Assembly: GCA_043732185.1 (NCBI GenBank)
Contig: JAYTHY010000094.1
Span: 1-64,000 of the forward strand
Source: Fibrobacteria bacterium
Lineage (GTDB): Bacteria > Fibrobacterota > Fibrobacteria > UBA11236
Length of the DNA: 64,000 nucleotides
Direction of reading: 5' to 3'
In this document: piece after piece, positions 19,792 to 29,393 of the stretch
How the letters are laid out: the number at the start of each line of letters is the position of its first letter
Numbering within the stretch: the first letter of the stretch is position 1
Translations under genes and position numbers: made by a program
Notes under the pieces: model-generated
What the model was told of the DNA's origin: nothing
Seen by the model: only the letters and a program-made list of their open reading frames with translations
Database searches by the model: none

Positions 19792-21543
19792 CTAATCCAG
19801 TCCCCCGTAATCCCTGGTCCAACTGGTCACAGGTTTTCCTTTAGGAGGGGCGTGATACAAATTGGTGACTATGCGGGAACTGGAATGATCTTCATGTCTC
19901 TCACATTGGTAGAAGTCAAAGTCATAGGTATTGCCGTATTTAAGGAATTTTAATTTATCCAGGTTTACAAAAGCTTCTCCGGCCGGATGTATGCCTCCCA
20001 AGTCAATGACCAGGTTTCCACCGATGAAAACAAAGACATCATCATCACCGACAAAGTTGAAAATGAGCCCACTTTGATGTTTAAAGTTCGTATGCAGTTC
20101 CGTGCAAAACGAAAAATTATGTCCCGATCCCACCGGGTCCTCCGTGAATACACCCCCTATAGTGTCCAACGGAAAATATTCTGGTTCACCCGCTATACCG
20201 GTTCGGCTAAAAACATAGGTGTCCGGACCTTGATTGAGATCCAAAGTGAAAGACAGGGAGGCACGGTACTTCTCGTTTTTATAGGCCTCGCCTACCGGAT
20301 CGAACCGGGTGGTTTGGCAGCCTGTGAACTTATCGTCGTATTTATACACATTGTGTACAGGCCCTGAATCCCTAAACCACATATCCAGACCACAGGACAC
20401 GGTCCAATCGTTTTTATTGAAGCTGGGCTTGGGTATTTCTGTCCTTCCAAAATAATCTGCATCCGTCGCAACATACGTGCTAAGGGTGTTTTTCACCATT
20501 CCCGGGCGAATCCCAATCTTCAGTCCCGGATCGGTATTAAAATCTGGGTTGGTGCCGTCCGCTTTGTAATCATAATGAATGACAGGCATCGAAATCTTCA
20601 TCTCTGGCGCTTCTGCCTTACCTTGAAAGGAAAGGGTTTGGTGCAAAGGGGTACGAAAAACTGTGTCGGCAAGATCGCCTGGATGGGTTTCACTGGCTTC
20701 CGTAAAGATCTGGTATTGATCTTGGCCTGCCGCCAAAACTTGAAATTGAACCGGCAAGGTACCCACCATTTGGGTTGCTGTTGAAGCGGTGTCGGTTGGA
20801 AACTTGCTCAAGAAAGCGCCGGAAATGGGTCTCTCATTCAAGTTTTCCGGGCCACTCCAACCCACCATGCCGATATCAAAACCCTCGCCTTCCGTTTGAT
20901 AATACTGGAAATAGTATCGCCTGCCCGCCACCAAGGGAATGGGTTTAGACACTCCTTGCCCGGAATCTGGCCATCGGTCCATACTGGAATCCAAGAAGCA
21001 GACAGGCGTCGTGGAAAGATTGTTGATTTTATTATCCGTACTCAAGTAGAAGGCCGAAGCCTCATTGGACCAGGTGTAAAAAGTGTACATACCGGTAATA
21101 GGGGGAATTATCCATCCCGTCCACTTTAATCCATAATTGTCCTGATCAAGTATGGAACCCAGAAAATCGGAAGTCAAAATGCTGTCCGGCGTGGGTCGAT
21201 AGAGAATCGCCGACTTAAATGCTTTAATGGTTGTTCCGTTGATTCCCTTCCACTTTTTGCCAATGATTTCTCCCGTTCGGTTCGAGTCCACATATTTGGA
21301 CGCATTACCGTTGATCAGCTCCTGCGCGAGTAGCGTCATCAGGCCATCAGAGGCGGAAAAAGTTTCGAAGCGGTGTTTATAATTCAGCGCCGACTTATGG
21401 TCCATTTTCCCATTGTAAATGGTACCCACGGAAATGGCCGTAACCCCAAGGATGAGGAGAATGGTAAAGACCAGAACAAAGCCGCGAGAATTTGTCGAGG
21501 AATAAGTTGTACGTGATAGCAATGGTAATTTCCTTAGATTCAA
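19792..21543 (-). CDS. PilX-like pilin fused to PA14 and fibro-slime domains (paralog 1)
   Basis: G|FVLVFTILLILGV; same domain order; GDDDVFVFIGG...DLGGIH; GAGGA RBS before a TTG start. Confidence 0.85.
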   Translation of the reverse strand: MNLRKLPLLSRTTYSSTNSRGFVLVFTILLILGVTAISVGTIYNGKMDHKSALNYKHRFETFSASDGLMTLLAQELINGNASKYVDSNRTGEIIGKKWKGINGTTIKAFKSAILYRPTPDSILTSDFLGSILDQDNYGLKWTGWIIPPITGMYTFYTWSNEASAFYLSTDNKINNLSTTPVCFLDSSMDRWPDSGQGVSKPIPLVAGRRYYFQYYQTEGEGFDIGMVGWSGPENLNERPISGAFLSKFPTDTASTATQMVGTLPVQFQVLAAGQDQYQIFTEASETHPGDLADTVFRTPLHQTLSFQGKAEAPEMKISMPVIHYDYKADGTNPDFNTDPGLKIGIRPGMVKNTLSTYVATDADYFGRTEIPKPSFNKNDWTVSCGLDMWFRDSGPVHNVYKYDDKFTGCQTTRFDPVGEAYKNEKYRASLSFTLDLNQGPDTYVFSRTGIAGEPEYFPLDTIGGVFTEDPVGSGHNFSFCTELHTNFKHQSGLIFNFVGDDDVFVFIGGNLVIDLGGIHPAGEAFVNLDKLKFLKYGNTYDFDFYQCERHEDHSSSRIVTNLYHAPPKGKPVTSWTRDYGGLD

Positions 21544-21550
21544 TGAGTCC

Positions 21551-22423
21551 TCAAACTTTGTTTCGTAGCATGATGTTCATAGGCAAACTGATTTTATGAT
21601 AGTCGGGAGGCGACAAATGAGCGTCGACTCTTTCGGTCCGCGCCCGTACGACAATGCTCGCCGATTTCATCATTTTCCAATTCGTGGTCTTGGCACCAAG
21701 CCGGGTCAGAAAAGTAAAGCCAATGGAATCGATACTTTCGGCCAATACCATGTCCAAAGTGGGATCCGCATTAGGCCGGATAATCAAATCTCCGCCGGAC
21801 AGCACATATTGGTCCTCTCGATAACCGTAAATTTTATCTCCCACGTCGAGATCCACATCGGACTTTAATTTTATACTGTCCATACCGGTGGCATTGTCCT
21901 TGATGCCTGCGACGAATCCTCCTGAGTTATAGGCATCATCAATGGCAATTTTCTCAGTAGCTTTACCGGACAATGCATAGCTGATTAGCACATGAGTGGT
22001 GTTGATGAGCACATTGCTGGAATTCTTGAATTGGGCAGCATTGCTCACTGCGACGAATGGCCCCAAGGGTGTATCCTGACCATTGAACTGTTCCGCACCA
22101 CGTGGGTTGATGCCGATAGTTATGATGCCTGAGGAAATGGTAATCACGTTCCAACCGGTATCTGGCAATGCGGAACCAGCCTGTTGCAAGACTTCTACCA
22201 ATTTGCTGAGCACAAAATGTGCATTCTGGTTTCGATCTGCTATTTGCTCTTGCATGCTGTAGGTGTGGTAGGAGTCCTTGTAGAAACGGACTACAGTGAC
22301 ACCCAGGATGACGGCAACGACCATGGTCACCATAAGTTCCATCATGGAGAATCCGGCCTGACCCGGTTTTACGCCGTGGCGCCCGGACCAAATTGGTTTT
22401 CGGTTAAAAACGCTTGGCAACAT
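21551..22423 (-). CDS. Type IV minor pilin, PilW-like
   Basis: G|FSMMELMV prepilin site with Glu5; QNAHFVLSKLVEVLQQAG helix; C-terminal IVVRART...IMLRN. Confidence 0.8.
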   Translation of the reverse strand: MLPSVFNRKPIWSGRHGVKPGQAGFSMMELMVTMVVAVILGVTVVRFYKDSYHTYSMQEQIADRNQNAHFVLSKLVEVLQQAGSALPDTGWNVITISSGIITIGINPRGAEQFNGQDTPLGPFVAVSNAAQFKNSSNVLINTTHVLISYALSGKATEKIAIDDAYNSGGFVAGIKDNATGMDSIKLKSDVDLDVGDKIYGYREDQYVLSGGDLIIRPNADPTLDMVLAESIDSIGFTFLTRLGAKTTNWKMMKSASIVVRARTERVDAHLSPPDYHKISLPMNIMLRNKV

Positions 22424-22832
22424 AGGTGGTGATTTTCAAAGAATCGGCATAGGGTATGAACCACGAGGCCTTGATATCCACGCGTTTTACATTGACAACT
22501 ACGGCACCATCAACGGGGGACAAGGCATCGCTGATGGTGCTGACCAAAATTATGTAATTCGGTGCAACTGGAAAAATGGTAGTGTCTGCCGGAGGCCAAT
22601 TCCGGATTGTGTCAGCTGAGATTTTAATGCGGGTGTCTTCCAAATATTTTTCGATCAACTTTCCAGCCATGAGCATTTTGGAATTGGTACTGCTTTGCTG
22701 GCTAGCCATCTTTTGCACTTTGGCAAACAAGGTTACGCCGATGCCGATGACAACGATGGCGGCCATGATTTCAATCAATGACCAACCCCGCTCGCGGATT
22801 CCATTGGAAGCCCTATTGTTTATCCGCATCAT
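22404..22832 (-). CDS. Type IV minor pilin, PilV-like
   Basis: G|WSLIEIMAAIVVIGIG prepilin site (Trp at +1), small size, VKRVDIKASW. Confidence 0.78.
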   Translation of the reverse strand: MMRINNRASNGIRERGWSLIEIMAAIVVIGIGVTLFAKVQKMASQQSSTNSKMLMAGKLIEKYLEDTRIKISADTIRNWPPADTTIFPVAPNYIILVSTISDALSPVDGAVVVNVKRVDIKASWFIPYADSLKITTYVAKRF

Positions 22833-23371
22833 CGTGTCACCAACTTAACCTTTCCCGTGCTTGCCAAGACCCGGACCGTGTCCACAAAATTTTTCAAGGT
22901 CACAACCAGCCTGGCGCTTAAATTCGCCGAACCGTCTCCGCGAAACACAATTGTGGCGGGGAAGCCGGCTGGAATAGTCAAGGCAAGTTGATATTTCTTT
23001 TCAATCACAAACGGCTTGCCATAAAGCGAATCCTGTCCGGGGGTATAAATATAATCCGGGGGATTGGATTCCAAAAATGCGAAAACGGAATCGTCAACCG
23101 AGGCCGAGGGATTGGATATGAAAACCACCCCGCAATGTTTGTAGGCATTGGAAACGGCGCGCATGCGGGCATTCAAGATCAAATGCTTGATGCCATCAGC
23201 CGAATTCTGCAATTTGATTTTTTGCAGCAATGCCATCACAGGCCGCACGGAAACTGCCGATAATATGGATATAACTACCAAGGCTATCATTATTTCCAAT
23301 GCCGTAAATCCCCGCATGCCCCAACCAAACTTAAGCCTCAAGGCGGCCTCACCCTCCTGACAAAGTGTCAT
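22829..23371 (-). CDS. Type IV minor pilin, FimT/FimU (GspH-like)
   Basis: G|FTALEIMIALVVISIL; ARMRAV; IVFRGDGSA; C-terminal VLASTGKVK. Confidence 0.8.
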   Translation of the reverse strand: MTLCQEGEAALRLKFGWGMRGFTALEIMIALVVISILSAVSVRPVMALLQKIKLQNSADGIKHLILNARMRAVSNAYKHCGVVFISNPSASVDDSVFAFLESNPPDYIYTPGQDSLYGKPFVIEKKYQLALTIPAGFPATIVFRGDGSANLSARLVVTLKNFVDTVRVLASTGKVKLVTR

Positions 23372-23668
23372 AAAAGAAAATACACCCCAAAACCAGCACT
23401 CTAGAACGGGTTATTACCCTATCACTATTGTACATCTCGGATGGGCCTGGGGGGTATATACACCTTAACGAATTATTTTTAACTCAATTTAGTACTTCTT
23501 ATCCAAATTGGTAAATCGTAACGTATTGGCTGGTAAGGTTTTATATCTCAAATCATGGAAATATCCTGCGCTAGGCCCATTTTTCCTGGCAGAAGTAGAA
23601 AAGCGATAAAATGCGAAAAAAGCCGCCGTCCGTCCATTTATAACGTCGGCGACCCTAATAACGCTAAT

Positions 23669-23750
23669 ATGGACCCCCTCCCTGCCTCCATTGCCCTGTA
23701 TCGCAAGGCAGTTGAGGTGAATCCCGAAGCTGGAAAAGCCCTGATTAAAT
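23669..23750 (+). pseudogene. Possible isolated TPR-helix remnant (SIALYRKAVEVNPEAGKAL)
   Basis: One TPR-like motif inside ORF 23555..23938, whose remainder is antisense to a real gene. Confidence 0.2.
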
Positions 23751-25436
23751 GGCAATTCGTTTGGTCATCATTTTCCCTTCGATGCGCACTTTTATCCAAT
23801 ACACGCCCGTGTGTAGTCCGGCGATGTCAATACCAATACTACCTGATGCGGATCGCGGAGACCAACTCCCGACCTTTTTTCCGGACAGGCTATACAATTC
23901 CACTGTCGTTTCCAGGTCAGGCAACAACCCCGGGATGAGCACACTCATTCCTGCTGGACTTCTGCTCATCAGCCAGGTTGAAGCATCCGCAAAAGATCCA
24001 AATTTAGCGGAGAGAAGTGATTGGGTTTTAGTGACAATAGGAAAGGACCCAGGATTGCCGGGATTCCCTGGATCAAAAGGCACTTGTCCCGGAGCATAAT
24101 TGGGAATCACATCCTTGATCGAATAGTTGGCAAGTCGCGGAACGCCACTTAAAGCATAATGCGCCACCAGGCTTGCAGGTACGGAGTCCTTAGGTAAGGC
24201 CAGTAAGCTGGCCCATTCATCCACAAAGCCGAATACCGGTCCCGCCGGAAGCTCTTTCTTCTCCGAGAAGCGCGAGTCTGCAGCCGCCCATAACACGGCC
24301 GCATTCGTGTCCTGGGCCACATTGTATGCATTGGAGCGGGTTTTTACCAGTGCCAGTAACTTTCCAGTCGCATCAAAGGATCGCCACTCCAAGGTGTCGT
24401 TCCATGGTCGATCGGATTTGGCATTGAAGGCCATGGCACCGCAACCCAATGTCATGCCACCTGAGCAGGTTATGGGGATTTCATAACTTTTGATTTCATT
24501 TCGAACTGTTAGGTCGATATTTTTTGCCGATGGCAAGTTTAAGCCCTTGAGTACATCGGCGGAGAGAGAAGCATAGAGATTCAGAAAATAGCCCGCCATC
24601 TGACCACCAACAAATGTAGTCTTTAGGGCAACCTGGCGTACAGGCACAACCGATTGAATTATCGAGCCTCCTTGCTTGATGATTTGTCCTGCCTCCCAAA
24701 CCGAGGCTTGGTTTCCTAATTCCCACGGCGTGCACAGCTTAGTTTTGGGCAACAGCATTTCCGTCCGCACTCCCATTCCCGTGGTGAAAATAATGGAAGG
24801 CATGTTGCCGCCATTCTCTAGGGTTACGGGAACTTGAAACGACGCGCTGGAAAACAAGGACGTGATCGGCGCAAATAAACTCATTTGGACGCCATTGGCA
24901 GTCATTGTCGCTGGAATTTGATACCGCAAACGGAAATGCCGGCTGTAGCCCAGTGCCACAGGATAGATTCGGAATCGGAATCTACCTGGGCTCATTTTTT
25001 CCAGGATAAGTGGATCTCGGGGCCGGGCAGGAGGGACGGAATTTCTTTCAACTAGATTTGCATATAAGCTGTCTGCGGTAGCGCGATCCAACAATTTGCC
25101 TTGTAAAATTTGGCCACCATCCCATAACAATCCGCCGGTAATCGCCGAGCCCGAAGGCATAGAGAAGTTCCCGACGATTTCCAAAGTTTTAGGGTCATTG
25201 CCCGTTGTTACAGCTCCTTTTACACCGATTTCAACATCTTCCTCCAAGTCGAGGAAAGCCGGACCCACACGAACTTTTAAAGATGCGTTTAATAATGCGC
25301 AGGCACCTTGATTGTATCCGCCCGCTTTGTCCGTATGCGTAGTCTGCCACAAAACTTGGGCTTGGCCCATGGCCACCAACCCCAAAATCATCGCTACCAT
25401 TCGGTTTGGTCTATTTTTCATTCTCGTTGTTTGCAT
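23745..25436 (-). CDS. Secreted VIT-domain protein with T9SS-type C-terminal domain
   Basis: Signal peptide; LEIVGNFSMPSGSAITG.LLW...RDPLILE...FRFRIYP...RLRY VIT-like pattern; CTD VELYSLSGKKV...GVYWIKV...TKRIAI. Confidence 0.65.
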   Translation of the reverse strand: MQTTRMKNRPNRMVAMILGLVAMGQAQVLWQTTHTDKAGGYNQGACALLNASLKVRVGPAFLDLEEDVEIGVKGAVTTGNDPKTLEIVGNFSMPSGSAITGGLLWDGGQILQGKLLDRATADSLYANLVERNSVPPARPRDPLILEKMSPGRFRFRIYPVALGYSRHFRLRYQIPATMTANGVQMSLFAPITSLFSSASFQVPVTLENGGNMPSIIFTTGMGVRTEMLLPKTKLCTPWELGNQASVWEAGQIIKQGGSIIQSVVPVRQVALKTTFVGGQMAGYFLNLYASLSADVLKGLNLPSAKNIDLTVRNEIKSYEIPITCSGGMTLGCGAMAFNAKSDRPWNDTLEWRSFDATGKLLALVKTRSNAYNVAQDTNAAVLWAAADSRFSEKKELPAGPVFGFVDEWASLLALPKDSVPASLVAHYALSGVPRLANYSIKDVIPNYAPGQVPFDPGNPGNPGSFPIVTKTQSLLSAKFGSFADASTWLMSRSPAGMSVLIPGLLPDLETTVELYSLSGKKVGSWSPRSASGSIGIDIAGLHTGVYWIKVRIEGKMMTKRIAI

Positions 25437-25489
25437 TTTTCCCCCGGATCTAAGTTGCCTCCCTGATTGAAAGGTCGCAAGATGCCGTA

Positions 25490-25505
25490 TGCAAAGTCCA
25501 TGCCC
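25490..25505 (-). promoter_or_regulatory. Candidate sigma54 -24/-12 promoter for the VIT-domain gene
   Basis: Minus strand GGGCATGGACTTTGCA = GG-N10-GC, about 55 bp upstream of the start. Confidence 0.6.
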
Positions 25506-25683
25506 GATTTAGGATTTTGGCAAATCCCCTTTTTTTGCAGAAACAGACTGGCCTTTTTTCCATCCATCAAAGAAGGAAATAAAGTTTCAAGCACTGACCA
25601 GCAGAATTTGATCGGTTGTGAATGTTATGAAAAGGAAAAGAAAACTTTTCCTTTGCTATTACCGATAGATCATTGGCAGCCGA

Positions 25684-27363
25684 CTATTTTCTCACTAGTG
25701 GCTTATACTTTAGACGTGTAGGGGTGTCCGCGTCGATGCCCATGCGTTTCTTCCGGCTCTCTTCATACGAGGCATAATTGCCCTCATGCCAAACCACCAC
25801 GCTATCGCCCTCAAAGGCGAGAATGTGCGTGGCGATGCGATCGAGAAACCAGCGATCATGGGAGATGACCACGGCGCAACCGGAAAAATTCAAAATCGCC
25901 TGCTCCAACGCCTGCAGCGTATCCACATCGAGATCATTGGTCGGTTCGTCGAGCAAAAGGACATTGCCGCCATTGAGCAGCAGCTTGGCCAGATGCACGC
26001 GGTTGCGTTGGCCGCCCGACAAGTCTTTGACCTTCTGCTGCTGATCGCCTCCTGAGAAATTGAACTTGCCCACATAGGCGCGGGAGTTGACTTCCAGGTT
26101 ACCGACCTTTAAAGTCTCCACTTCATTGGTGATTTCTTTAAATACCGAGTTCTCGCCGTTTAGCGTGTCCCGACTTTGATCCACGTAGCTGAGCTTAACG
26201 GATTCTCCTATTTCCAATTTTCCGGAATCTGTTTTTTCCTGTCCCGTTATCATGCGGAACAAGGTGGTTTTGCCCGCGCCGTTGGGACCAATGATGCCGA
26301 CAATTCCAGCTCTGGGCAGGTCAAAGGCTACGTTTTCAAACAGCAATTTGTCGCCATAGGCTTTGGATAAACCCGCCGAACGGATCACAAGATCTCCGAG
26401 ACGCGGTCCATTGGGAATGGCGATGCTGGCGGAGTTTAGTTTTTCCGGTCCGCTCATATCCTGCAACTTTTCGTAGGCGGCCAGTCGCGCTTTGCCCTTG
26501 GCTTGACGGGCCTTGGCGGAGGTGCGCACCCATTCCAATTCCTGCTTGAGCTGCTTGGTGCGGCGGCTTTCCTCTTTTTCTTCCGTGGCCATGCGCTGGG
26601 TTTTTTGATCGAGCCAGGAACTGTAATTGCCTTCCCAAGGAATACCGCGACCGCGATCGAGTTCCAGAATCCATCCCACCACGTTGTCCAAAAAGTAACG
26701 ATCATGGGTGACAAGGATGACAGAGCCCACGTATTCCGTGAGATGCCTTTCAAGCCAAGCTACGGACTCGGCATCGAGATGATTGGTCGGTTCGTCCAGC
26801 AGCAGCAGATCGGGCTTTTCCAAAAGCAGGCGACACAAGGCCACGCGGCGTTTTTCTCCACCGGAAAGGGTCGTAACTTTGGCGTCACCGGGGGGAAGCC
26901 GCAAGGCATCCATGGCGATTTCGATAAGCCTGTCCAGATTCCAGCCGTCCACGGCGTCGATTTTATCCTGCAGCTTGGCCTGCTTCTCCATCAGCTTTTC
27001 CATCTCAGTATCGCTCATGGGTTCGCCGAACTTGAGCGACAAAGTATTGAATTCGTCCATCAAGGATTTGACATTTTTTACGGCCAGCTCGACGTTGCCG
27101 CGCACGTCCAAGGTTTCATCCAGTTTTGGTTCTTGCGGGAGATAACCAACCGTGCGGCCGGATTCCAGCCACGCTTCGCCTTGAAATTCCTTGTCAATTC
27201 CCGCCATTATACGTAGCAAGGTGCTCTTGCCCGAGCCGTTGTATCCGATGATCCCAATCTTGGCCCCGTAGTAAAAAGATAGGGAAACCTGCTTCAGCAC
27301 TTCCTTGGCCGGCGGGTACACTTTGGTCATTTTGTGCATGTAGTAGACGAACTTCTCGGCCAT
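25684..27363 (-). CDS. ettA: Energy-dependent translational throttle ABC-F protein EttA
   Basis: SLSFYYGAKIG, two ABC cassettes (GYNGSGKST, GPNGAGKTT), LSGGEKRRVALCRLLL, ELEWVR linker. Confidence 0.95.
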   Translation of the reverse strand: MAEKFVYYMHKMTKVYPPAKEVLKQVSLSFYYGAKIGIIGYNGSGKSTLLRIMAGIDKEFQGEAWLESGRTVGYLPQEPKLDETLDVRGNVELAVKNVKSLMDEFNTLSLKFGEPMSDTEMEKLMEKQAKLQDKIDAVDGWNLDRLIEIAMDALRLPPGDAKVTTLSGGEKRRVALCRLLLEKPDLLLLDEPTNHLDAESVAWLERHLTEYVGSVILVTHDRYFLDNVVGWILELDRGRGIPWEGNYSSWLDQKTQRMATEEKEESRRTKQLKQELEWVRTSAKARQAKGKARLAAYEKLQDMSGPEKLNSASIAIPNGPRLGDLVIRSAGLSKAYGDKLLFENVAFDLPRAGIVGIIGPNGAGKTTLFRMITGQEKTDSGKLEIGESVKLSYVDQSRDTLNGENSVFKEITNEVETLKVGNLEVNSRAYVGKFNFSGGDQQQKVKDLSGGQRNRVHLAKLLLNGGNVLLLDEPTNDLDVDTLQALEQAILNFSGCAVVISHDRWFLDRIATHILAFEGDSVVVWHEGNYASYEESRKKRMGIDADTPTRLKYKPLVRK

Positions 27364-27484
27364 AGGCTTCCTTTAATCGGGGCAAAGCGTGCAAAGGTAG
27401 TTATTGGGTCCACTGCTTGAATAACCATCATTTTGCGGTTGGCTTAGAACTCAAACGCGTTACAGGCGATATAATTTATTTATA

Positions 27485-27567
27485 TACACTACTTATTATG
27501 CCTAAATATGGTATTATAATGAATAGATTCGGTTTTATAGTATTTTTAAACTTGTCATTTACACTAC
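27485..27567 (+). promoter_or_regulatory. AT-rich promoter bracketed by TACACTAC direct repeats (27485, 27560; 75-bp offset)
   Basis: Two exact 8-mers; the same arrangement recurs at 31328/31404 and 36994/37068. Confidence 0.7.
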
Positions 27568-27588
27568 ATTTTCTGAGGAGGCTAACCC

Positions 27589-28683
27589 ATGTCGCTGACA
27601 AATACCCTGAAACGCGCCGTCTGGTCCTTTTCCCTGGTTTACAGCCTGGCGCTACCCGCCAAAGCCTTGGCCGCCATCTATTCCTTCAGCCCCTCGTACA
27701 CGGCTACTAACCGGGCCTTCTCCTTTCATCTGCTAAGCGACCAATTTGGTTCCTGCACCACATATTCTGGTCTTATTTCCTCGATCATGGGCGATACTCT
27801 GTCCCTCAGCTTCGCTCCGACCACCCCTACTGGTTGTACCAACATCAATTCACAAAGCTACTATGGCCCTACCTTTTCCATTCAAGGCCTTCAAGCCGGC
27901 TTGTACAAAGTGCGCGTACACATACTCGGGAAGGTTATTTGTTTGGCCTGCCCACCTAGCCCAGGTGACGATGCCGGAACTTTTCTGGTCGCAGATAGTG
28001 TGAATAACACGAAAAAAGTTGGATGGTTTTTGAAAGAAACGACCGTAAAAATGGGAAACGATCCCTATCCTATGCAGCTGCTCAATTATGCGTACCAATC
28101 CTGTGCCCAATTTTTAAATAAAAGCATGAAAATCGAAAATGGCGGCATCTACACAAGCTTCTTTTTAAGGCTTCCCCCATGTGTAGATACAAGCAGTCAA
28201 CCCCCGCCCCTTATTGGGCCCACCTTTGAATTAACACCACCTTTGAAGCCTGGTGCCTATCCCGTCTATGCTACAGAGCTTATGGCCTGTGAAGTGGCCA
28301 CTGTGGGTCCAATCTGTGTTGTAAAACGGTTGGCGCCCGTGGCCGTAGACACCTTATTCGTAATGGCAAGCACTCAAATTCGAACGCCTCGCAATGGCGA
28401 TCAACCCCTTGAGGCAAGGCAATCTCCTAGTGCTGCGTTCCGCAATGGAAGCCTCGTCATTTCTCTTCCCCAAGATGCGCGCCTTGCCTCCAATTCACTC
28501 TCTACTTGGCGGGCAAAACTTTTTACCGAATCCGGACGCGTTCTCAAGACCTATCACTTTGAAAGTCGCTTGAGTGAAACCGTGAACCTGGATGCGGGAA
28601 TGCACATGGAGCGCGGGGTCTATTTACTGCGCTTGCAAGCGCCGTCTCGAAAATCATTTACCATGTTGTTGGCCGTTGAATAA
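27589..28683 (+). CDS. Secreted protein with two Cys-looped ~115-aa repeat domains plus T9SS-like CTD (family member A)
   Basis: Signal peptide, GAGGAGG RBS; YGPTFSIQGLQAGLYKV and GWFLK...GPTFE...LKPGAYPV repeats shared with 31432/32936/34038; C-terminal FTESGRVL...RGVYLLRL. Confidence 0.75.
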   Translation: MSLTNTLKRAVWSFSLVYSLALPAKALAAIYSFSPSYTATNRAFSFHLLSDQFGSCTTYSGLISSIMGDTLSLSFAPTTPTGCTNINSQSYYGPTFSIQGLQAGLYKVRVHILGKVICLACPPSPGDDAGTFLVADSVNNTKKVGWFLKETTVKMGNDPYPMQLLNYAYQSCAQFLNKSMKIENGGIYTSFFLRLPPCVDTSSQPPPLIGPTFELTPPLKPGAYPVYATELMACEVATVGPICVVKRLAPVAVDTLFVMASTQIRTPRNGDQPLEARQSPSAAFRNGSLVISLPQDARLASNSLSTWRAKLFTESGRVLKTYHFESRLSETVNLDAGMHMERGVYLLRLQAPSRKSFTMLLAVE

Positions 28684-28742
28684 CAGGGGTTGGCCAAAGG
28701 AACAAAAATTTCTTCCAAAAAGTCCGAATGAAAGGTCCACAT

Positions 28743-29393
28743 ATGAAAAAACTTCTAACACTGATATCCATTTTTATTGTCTCCTGTATACAGGATCCTA
28801 ATCCCGATCTGAAGTCCGCTCACGCTCCAACTGCTATTCCCCAACCCCTGATTGAAAAGGGCCCAAATGAAGTGCGCGACCCAAATGGAGAACCCTTGGC
28901 TCCTTGGGAAGGGGAAAAAATTCTTCAGCTCGCTGGCGAACTGAGTACTTCTTGTCCGCTGGACTTGGGTTGTGGAGAAAAGGCTGGCTATATCGCCTAT
29001 GCGGGTTATATTGATAGCCTTTACTTTTATTTCTCTTTCCGACCGGAATTCTCCACCGCAATGAACGGAGCGGATGTACGTCGCGCATTTACCTACATGA
29101 CTTTCGGCCTTACCCTACCAGGCATGCGCACAGACAGTTCTCGTTACGGCCTTTACTCGCGGGATCCAGCCAGGGGTGCCGATGGAATAACTGCGGAAAT
29201 GACACACACTTTACAAGATTTTACGGGTGATACATTAATTGGAGAAATCCACTTCTCAGCGACTCAACTCGCGGAAACGATTACCTCACAAGATAACTTG
29301 TGCCATGTTGGAGATATGATGGGCTGGTGCGTCGTGAACCACCCTTTTTCCGGTTCGTTAGTAGTGCGGTACAAAATTAAATTGGTCAAATAG
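28743..29393 (+). CDS. Hypothetical lipoprotein
   Basis: MKKLLTLISIFIVS|C lipobox from ATG 28743 (ORF track starts at 28728). Confidence 0.6.
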   Translation: MKKLLTLISIFIVSCIQDPNPDLKSAHAPTAIPQPLIEKGPNEVRDPNGEPLAPWEGEKILQLAGELSTSCPLDLGCGEKAGYIAYAGYIDSLYFYFSFRPEFSTAMNGADVRRAFTYMTFGLTLPGMRTDSSRYGLYSRDPARGADGITAEMTHTLQDFTGDTLIGEIHFSATQLAETITSQDNLCHVGDMMGWCVVNHPFSGSLVVRYKIKLVK

